Below, in pieces: positions 43,141 through 48,276 of a stretch of DNA of 48,276 nt (its first letter is position 1; the number at the start of each line of letters is the position of its first letter). The notes under the pieces were generated by a model. The model did no database searches. It was not told where the DNA came from and saw nothing but the letters and a program-made list of their open reading frames with translations. Source of the stretch: Candidatus Bipolaricaulota bacterium (lineage in GTDB: Bacteria; Bipolaricaulota; Bipolaricaulia; Bipolaricaulales; Bipolaricaulaceae); NCBI GenBank assembly GCA_037439765.1, contig JBBIVL010000002.1:1-48276 (forward strand). Reading direction: 5' to 3'. The position numbers and the translations under genes were made by a program.

Positions 43141-43169
43141 ACTATAGCACCGAGGGCTGCGCCCGTCAA
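43141..43169 (-). promoter_or_regulatory. Near-consensus sigma70 promoter (TTGACG-N17-TATAGT) overlapping the proS stop codon
   Basis: On the minus strand, -35 TTGACG is at 43164-43169 and -10 TATAGT at 43141-43146. The A/T-rich leader of about 27 nt to ATG 43107 has no SD. Confidence 0.5.
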
Positions 43170-44893
43170 GCGGCCGCAGACCCAAGGAGCTCTTGGGTTT
43201 TCGCCGTCACCGTCTTTGGGTCCGCGGCTACACCCCATTTTTCCCCATCCCACCGGCGCTCCAGCTCCACCTGGTCTTGCTTGGCGGCCCGCGGCCCTAC
43301 CACCACCACCACGGGAATCCCCCACAGTTTCGCGTCGTGGAACTTCTCCCCGGCGCTTTGGTCCCGGTCGTCGAGGAGAACTTCCAAGCCCGCCTCGGCT
43401 AAAGCCTGGGCCAATTCCTCCCCGAGATGCGCAAGGGAAGGCTGTTTAGGATCCAATACGCTCACGACCACCTGAAACGGCGCAAGGTGGGCAGGCCACA
43501 CGATTCCCGCCTCGTCATGGTGAGCCTCGATCACCGCAGCCAGAAGCCTCCCCACCCCAATTCCGTAGCAGCCCATGATGAGGGGCCGGGATCTTCCCTC
43601 TCGATCGAGGAAGGTAGCGCCCATGGCCTCGGAATATTTCGTGCCGAGCTTGAAGATGTGGCCGAGCTCGATGGCCCGCTGAATGCGGAGGCGGCCGCCA
43701 CAGCGGGGGCAGCGGTCGCCTTCCCGAGCCACGGCCACATCGGCCACGATGTCCGCCTGAAAATCCCTCGGGAAATTCACGTTTTTAAGATGGAACCCCT
43801 CGCGGTTCGCGCCGGCCACAAGGTTCCGCGCCTTGGGAAGGGAATCGTCCACCACGACTTTGACCCCGTTCCGGCGGATCCCGATGGGCGAGGCATAACC
43901 GGGTACAGCCCCGCAGGTGGAGATCTCCTCCTCCGTGGCCGGCCAAATTTCCCCGGTGCCCAAGGCCCGAGCCAGCTTGGCCTCGTTTACCTCCAGATCC
44001 CCGCGGAGCACCACGAACACCAGCTCTTTAGGGGTTCGGTAGAACACGGCCTTGGCCGTCTTGCGCGTGGGAACCCCAAGGAAATCGGCCACGGCCTCGA
44101 TGGTGTAGTACCCGGGCGTGGCCACTTCCTCCAGAGGGAGAAGGGGTTCGGGCGGATCCTCGTCCTTCACGCTTACCGCGCCCTCAAGGTTCGCCGCGTA
44201 ATCGCCCCGCTCACACTGGATAAAGGAATCCTCGCCATAGGGGCTGGGAAGCATGAACTCATGGGACTCCGAGCCGCCCATGAGACCGGGATCGGCCTCC
44301 ACCACCGCGACCTCAAGCCCGCAGCGGTGGAAGATGTTGAGGTAAGCCTGGTAGATGTCCCGGTAGAACCGATCCAAGTCCTCCTTGGACTCGTGGAAGC
44401 TGTAGCCATCCTTCATGGTGAACTCGCGGGCCCGCACCAGTCCCCCCCGAGGGCGGGGCTCATCGCGAAACTTCGTCTGAATCTGATAGAACACAAGGGG
44501 AAGCTGTCGCCAGGACCGGATCTCCCGCCGGGCGAGATCGGTGATGACCTCCTCGTGGGTGGGACCCAGCACCATCTCCCTTCCCGCCCGATCGCGGAGC
44601 CGCCCGAGGATGGGCCCGAAATCTTGAAGCCTTCCGGTCTCCGCCCAGAGCTCCGCGGGATGGATCATGGGCATGGTGATCTCCATCCCGCCGATGGCGT
44701 CCATCTCCTCGCGAATGATCCCCTCGATCTTGTGGAGGACCCGCCGGGCCAACGGCAGGTACGTGTAGATCCCGGCAGCTAGCTTGCGGATCATCCCCGC
44801 CCGGAGCATCCATTTGTGGCTGGGAAGCTCCGCCTCCGCGGGATCCTCTTTCCAGGTGGGCAAAAAGTACCGGCTTGCACGAACCAAGGCCAT
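43166..44893 (-). CDS. proS: Proline--tRNA ligase (bacterial type with editing insertion)
   Basis: 575 aa from ATG 44893: 'RASRYFLPTWKEDPAEAELPSHKWMLRAGMIRKLAAGIYTYLPL' N-terminus. Class II core, INS domain and anticodon-binding C-terminus. Confidence 0.93.
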   Translation of the reverse strand: MALVRASRYFLPTWKEDPAEAELPSHKWMLRAGMIRKLAAGIYTYLPLARRVLHKIEGIIREEMDAIGGMEITMPMIHPAELWAETGRLQDFGPILGRLRDRAGREMVLGPTHEEVITDLARREIRSWRQLPLVFYQIQTKFRDEPRPRGGLVRAREFTMKDGYSFHESKEDLDRFYRDIYQAYLNIFHRCGLEVAVVEADPGLMGGSESHEFMLPSPYGEDSFIQCERGDYAANLEGAVSVKDEDPPEPLLPLEEVATPGYYTIEAVADFLGVPTRKTAKAVFYRTPKELVFVVLRGDLEVNEAKLARALGTGEIWPATEEEISTCGAVPGYASPIGIRRNGVKVVVDDSLPKARNLVAGANREGFHLKNVNFPRDFQADIVADVAVAREGDRCPRCGGRLRIQRAIELGHIFKLGTKYSEAMGATFLDREGRSRPLIMGCYGIGVGRLLAAVIEAHHDEAGIVWPAHLAPFQVVVSVLDPKQPSLAHLGEELAQALAEAGLEVLLDDRDQSAGEKFHDAKLWGIPVVVVVGPRAAKQDQVELERRWDGEKWGVAADPKTVTAKTQELLGSAAA

Positions 44894-44906
44894 CGCGGCT
44901 GGGAGA

Positions 44907-47168
44907 TTACCGAAAGACCTCGCGCAAAACAACGTCGAGGTCCTCGGGATGCTGGAGGATTCGCGGGGCCACCGGCAACGCCGCGAGGAACGCCCCTCGG
45001 TAGGAACGGGAGACAAGCCTGGGATCAGCGATGAGGATGAGCCCCCGATCCGTGGGCGTGCGCACCAGCCTCCCTAGCCCCTGCCGCAGTTTCAAAACCG
45101 CCAGGGGCAAAGAGAGCTCGCGGAAATCGTTTTTCCCTTGGGCCCGGAGCCTCTCCGCCTCCGCCTCGAGCACAGGCTCTGCCGGGTGTGGGAAGGGCAG
45201 CCTCGCCACCACCAGCACCTCGAGCTCGCTGCCCGGAAGGTCCACGCCCTCCCAGAAACTTTCTAGGCCGAGGAGGATGGCGGGCGGGGGGAGTGCGCGG
45301 AACCGGCGGAGCAGCTGATCCCGATCCCCATCCCATCCTTGGGCGAGATGGGGAACATCCCCAAGCAAGGTGTGCACAGCGGCCAGAGCCCGCCGGGCCG
45401 TGAACAGGACCATGATCTTCACGGACTCCTGGCGACACAGCCGGCGCAGGATTTCCGCCAGGCCCGGGGCATAAGCGGGATCGTCCGGCTCCGGAAGCCC
45501 CGCCAAAATGGCGACCCTTACCCGCTCGTAGGAAAACGGCGAGGGCCACGTTTGAAACGGAAGATCCAGGGGCAAGCCCAAGCGGGTGAGGAGGAACTCC
45601 GGGCTTCCCCCAACGGCCAGGGTGGCGGAGGTGAGGACCGCCGCTTTCAAATTGGGCCAGAGCTTTTCCCTGAGGGTCGCTGCCGGATCCAACGGGGTGA
45701 GCCCCAACGTGGGCTCCTCTTCCAGGCTGGACCACTGGACCCACTCTCCCGGCCCCGGGGCAAGGATCTTTTCCAGAGCGGCCTTATAACCCGCCAAGGA
45801 GAGGAGGAGCTCGGCCCCTTGGGTACCCTCAACCTCGGGCTTGACGGTGCGGAGGAGGGTTTCCAGGGCTTGGGTCAGGGGGCTGGTCAAGTAGGCCAGG
45901 TGGGCTGCGGTTTCTGCACTAAGCCGGGCCCGGCTTGGGGCGAGAAACGGCCGCACCGCGTCCCAGAATGCCCGATGGGCACGGTCCACATCTTCGCTGA
46001 GGGCTCGAATTTGCAGCTCAGGCCGCAGCTCCAGGCGGCGAAGTTCCGCAAGGAGCGGCGGCAGATCCCGTGGCCTCAGCTCCAGGCCCAACGCCTCCCG
46101 CAGCGCCTGGGGAAGCGCATGGGCCTCGTCCACCACGAGGTAGTCGTAGGGACCAAGGACCGCGTTGTCCGTGGCGAGATCCGCACCGAGGAGGGCGTGG
46201 TTCACCACCACCAGGTTCGCGGCGCGGGCGGCTTCCCGGGCCCGGCGGGAGGGGCAGCCCCGCCACTCCCGACAGTACTGCCCCGGGCAGCGCCAGGGAC
46301 GATCCCGCAACTCCTCCAGGAGCCAGGCCTCCTCCAGGAACCCGACTTCATCGAGGTCTCCACTGCGCAGGGCAAACACCCGGAGCGGGAAAAGCAAATC
46401 CTCCGGGATAAGGCGCCCCTCCATCTCCCCGAGGCGCCGCAGGCAGAGGTAGTTCTCCCGGCCCTTGAGAAGGGCCCGCGTCACCCGCAGCCCGAGCTGT
46501 TCCTCCAACCAGGGCAAATCCTTTTTCCAAAGCTGGTCCTGGAGGGTGCGGGTGCGGGTGGCCACCACAGCTCGCCCACCCCCCCGCAGGGCCAAGAGGA
46601 GGGGGATGAGGTAGCCAAAAGTTTTTCCTGTGCCCGGCCCGGCCTCGAGGAGCACGGTTTCGCCCCTTTCCAGGGCTTGGGCCACCCTGCGGGCATAGGC
46701 CCACTGGCTGGGTCGGCGTGCTAATCCCCGTTCGGTCAGGCGGCGGAAGGCGGCGGCGAGGTCGAGAGGCGGCCGGGGATGAAATCTCGGCTGGGGCTGA
46801 GGAAGCTTCCAGCCAGGGGGCAATGCCTCATGCACGGCCTTACGAGCCCCAGGAGGCCAACTGCTCACTTCCCTCCAGGCTCTCCGGAGGAGCTCGCCCA
46901 GGGCCTCGGCCCGTGCCCATGGGTCCACAGCGTCCACGGGGAGGTTCAGGCGCTGGGCGAGGGCCGGGAGGTCCGCGGCGTCCGGCCAAACGGCGCGGGC
47001 CAAAAGGCGCAGGTCCAACACCCCAGGCTGATTTTGGGGGCTCCAAGCGGCCCGAGGCAGATCGGGCCAAGGCTCCTCCGGTGGAAGACGGCGGCCTGGG
47101 CCGGCCCCGGAAAACACCACCCGTGCCGGTGCCTCTCCTCCGATTTCCTCAAAAACGAGGAACTCCAC
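44907..47168 (-). CDS. dinG: DinG/Rad3(XPD)-family ATP-dependent DNA helicase with 4-Cys (Fe-S) insertion
   Basis: Walker A 'EAGPGTGKTFGYL', 'VVDEAH' box, Cys cluster 'C-LRRL ... RCPGQYCREWRGC', and C-terminal helicase motifs 'LGLESFWEGVDLPG' and 'QGLGRLVRT'. GTG start. Confidence 0.85.
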   Translation of the reverse strand: MEFLVFEEIGGEAPARVVFSGAGPGRRLPPEEPWPDLPRAAWSPQNQPGVLDLRLLARAVWPDAADLPALAQRLNLPVDAVDPWARAEALGELLRRAWREVSSWPPGARKAVHEALPPGWKLPQPQPRFHPRPPLDLAAAFRRLTERGLARRPSQWAYARRVAQALERGETVLLEAGPGTGKTFGYLIPLLLALRGGGRAVVATRTRTLQDQLWKKDLPWLEEQLGLRVTRALLKGRENYLCLRRLGEMEGRLIPEDLLFPLRVFALRSGDLDEVGFLEEAWLLEELRDRPWRCPGQYCREWRGCPSRRAREAARAANLVVVNHALLGADLATDNAVLGPYDYLVVDEAHALPQALREALGLELRPRDLPPLLAELRRLELRPELQIRALSEDVDRAHRAFWDAVRPFLAPSRARLSAETAAHLAYLTSPLTQALETLLRTVKPEVEGTQGAELLLSLAGYKAALEKILAPGPGEWVQWSSLEEEPTLGLTPLDPAATLREKLWPNLKAAVLTSATLAVGGSPEFLLTRLGLPLDLPFQTWPSPFSYERVRVAILAGLPEPDDPAYAPGLAEILRRLCRQESVKIMVLFTARRALAAVHTLLGDVPHLAQGWDGDRDQLLRRFRALPPPAILLGLESFWEGVDLPGSELEVLVVARLPFPHPAEPVLEAEAERLRAQGKNDFRELSLPLAVLKLRQGLGRLVRTPTDRGLILIADPRLVSRSYRGAFLAALPVAPRILQHPEDLDVVLREVFR

Positions 47169-47599
47169 TAGAGATGAGAAAGGAGATCGATGCGGCGGAC
47201 CATCCCCACTAACCGGCCTTGGTCGTCCACGACCGGGACTTGCTTCAGGCCCTTGCGCAGCATGAGGTCAGCCGCGTGGAGGTCGGAGTGATCCGGCTTT
47301 ACGCTCACCACGTCCTTGGTCATGTACTGTTCCACCGGATGGTTGCCGATTTCCCGGAGGCGGCGGGCCAGCTGATCCAGACTGGGCAAGAACGAGGCGG
47401 AGCGCAACATGTCCATGTAGCCGGGGATGAGAGCTCGGATGAGGTCACGCTCGGAGATCACCCCCACCACCCTTCCCTCCTCATCCACCACGGGCAGGGA
47501 GGAAAGCCCGGAATTGTCCAAAAGTTTGATGGTTTGGCGCACCGAAGTTGTGCGCTCCACGGCGCTCAGATCCCGGCGCAGAAAATCTCGCACCTTCAT
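47168..47599 (-). CDS. CBS-pair domain protein
   Basis: 143 aa with two CBS repeats ('LSSLPVVDEEGRVVGVISERDLI' and 'LKQVPVVDDQGRLVGMVRRIDLL'). ATG overlaps the upstream stop (ATGA). Confidence 0.85.
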   Translation of the reverse strand: MKVRDFLRRDLSAVERTTSVRQTIKLLDNSGLSSLPVVDEEGRVVGVISERDLIRALIPGYMDMLRSASFLPSLDQLARRLREIGNHPVEQYMTKDVVSVKPDHSDLHAADLMLRKGLKQVPVVDDQGRLVGMVRRIDLLSHL

Positions 47600-48276
47600 G
47601 GCTCCCCCCGTTTGCGGACCTCCACACGTTCCATTTCCGCCAGGATTTTCCCTTGGTCGAGGCAGAGCTTTTCCTCCACTTCCGCAGAGGCCACGGCGGC
47701 GGCCATCCCGTACTTGACGCTTTCGATGAGATCTTTTCCTTGATGGAGCCCCACGAGGATCCCGCCCACCAGCGCGTCATCTGCGCCCACCAGGTTTCGG
47801 AAGGCGGAAAGAGGGGCTTTGGCCTCGAATTGCCAGACGCCGTCGGTGCTCACCAGAATGTCCCCCGTGAGGTGGTGGGAGAGGAGGCACAAAGTGGCGC
47901 CCATGGCCACGGCCCTTCGGCCGGCAGCAACGACCTCTTCCTCCGTGCACAGGGGCATATCCCCGAAGCACGAGATTTCCCGCACATCCGGCTTCACCAA
48001 GAACGGGTGTTCTGCCAAAGTCTTGAGCATGGCCTCACCCCCGGTATGGACCACCACCGGTACCCCCCGTTCCCGTGCCCGCCGCGTCAACTCCTGATAG
48101 AACTCCTGGGGAACCCCCGGGGGCAGGACTCCCCCCAACACCACATACTCAGCTCGCCGGAGCATCCGTTCGTACTTGCGCAGGAAAAGTTCCAGCGCTT
48201 CGGAGGGGATCCGCGGGCCAGCCTCGTGGATGTGAATGGGATGGTACTCGTGGCCCCGCACGATCAAGGCCACATT
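47596..48276 (-). CDS. PfkB/1-phosphofructokinase-family sugar kinase (5'-truncated by window edge)
   Basis: The reading frame is open to the window end. 'VVLGGVLPPGVP', 'VVVHTGGEAL'-type blocks and C-terminal 'LVGADDALVGGILVGL' resemble the FruK/LacC/PfkB family. The N-terminus lies outside the window. Confidence 0.75.
   Translation of the reverse strand, partial: NVALIVRGHEYHPIHIHEAGPRIPSEALELFLRKYERMLRRAEYVVLGGVLPPGVPQEFYQELTRRARERGVPVVVHTGGEAMLKTLAEHPFLVKPDVREISCFGDMPLCTEEEVVAAGRRAVAMGATLCLLSHHLTGDILVSTDGVWQFEAKAPLSAFRNLVGADDALVGGILVGLHQGKDLIESVKYGMAAAVASAEVEEKLCLDQGKILAEMERVEVRKRGEP

Noticed and set aside
1-48276. Search for tRNA, rRNA, tmRNA, CRISPR arrays, IS elements, integrases or prophage genes.
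   Set aside because: Intergenic space is minimal. The longest non-coding gaps are 11811-12005, 12471-12656, 22997-23119 and 26778-26889. None shows cloverleaf-like or repeat-spacer structure, and no transposase- or integrase-like ORF is present.

Overview
GC-rich, very gene-dense bacterial chromosomal segment, probably from a thermophilic diderm (LptB plus an OstA-like protein, a Blc lipocalin, Rho and a THEP1-type NTPase are present). I support about 47 protein genes. Most are housekeeping: pyrG, secG, an oppD/oppF-like ATPase pair, mraY, argF, gltX, uppP, birA, mutM, leuS, proS, rho, murA, hflX and a dinG-like helicase. I recognised no rRNA, tRNA, CRISPR array or mobile element. The stand-out region is 11.8-18.1 kb. 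A near-consensus sigma70 promoter is followed by two paralogous c-di-GMP-I (GEMM-I) riboswitch aptamers, each directly in front of a secreted beta-rich subunit gene. Downstream come a two-domain adhesin-like subunit, a two-Ig-domain chaperone-like protein with a dockerin-like tail, and a 953-aa multidomain protein with an embedded putative beta-barrel. Together these look like an uncharacterised, c-di-GMP-controlled surface-fibre or adhesin assembly system. Secondary curiosities are an 18-cysteine secreted protein co-transcribed with mutM, a 441-aa coiled-coil hypothetical protein, recurrent TACAAT boxes 7-8 nt upstream of start codons (suggesting leaderless mRNAs), and a 17-gene same-strand string with overlapping stop and start codons. 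Many long ORFs in the six-frame track are antisense shadows of real genes, as expected in GC-rich DNA, and were rejected.
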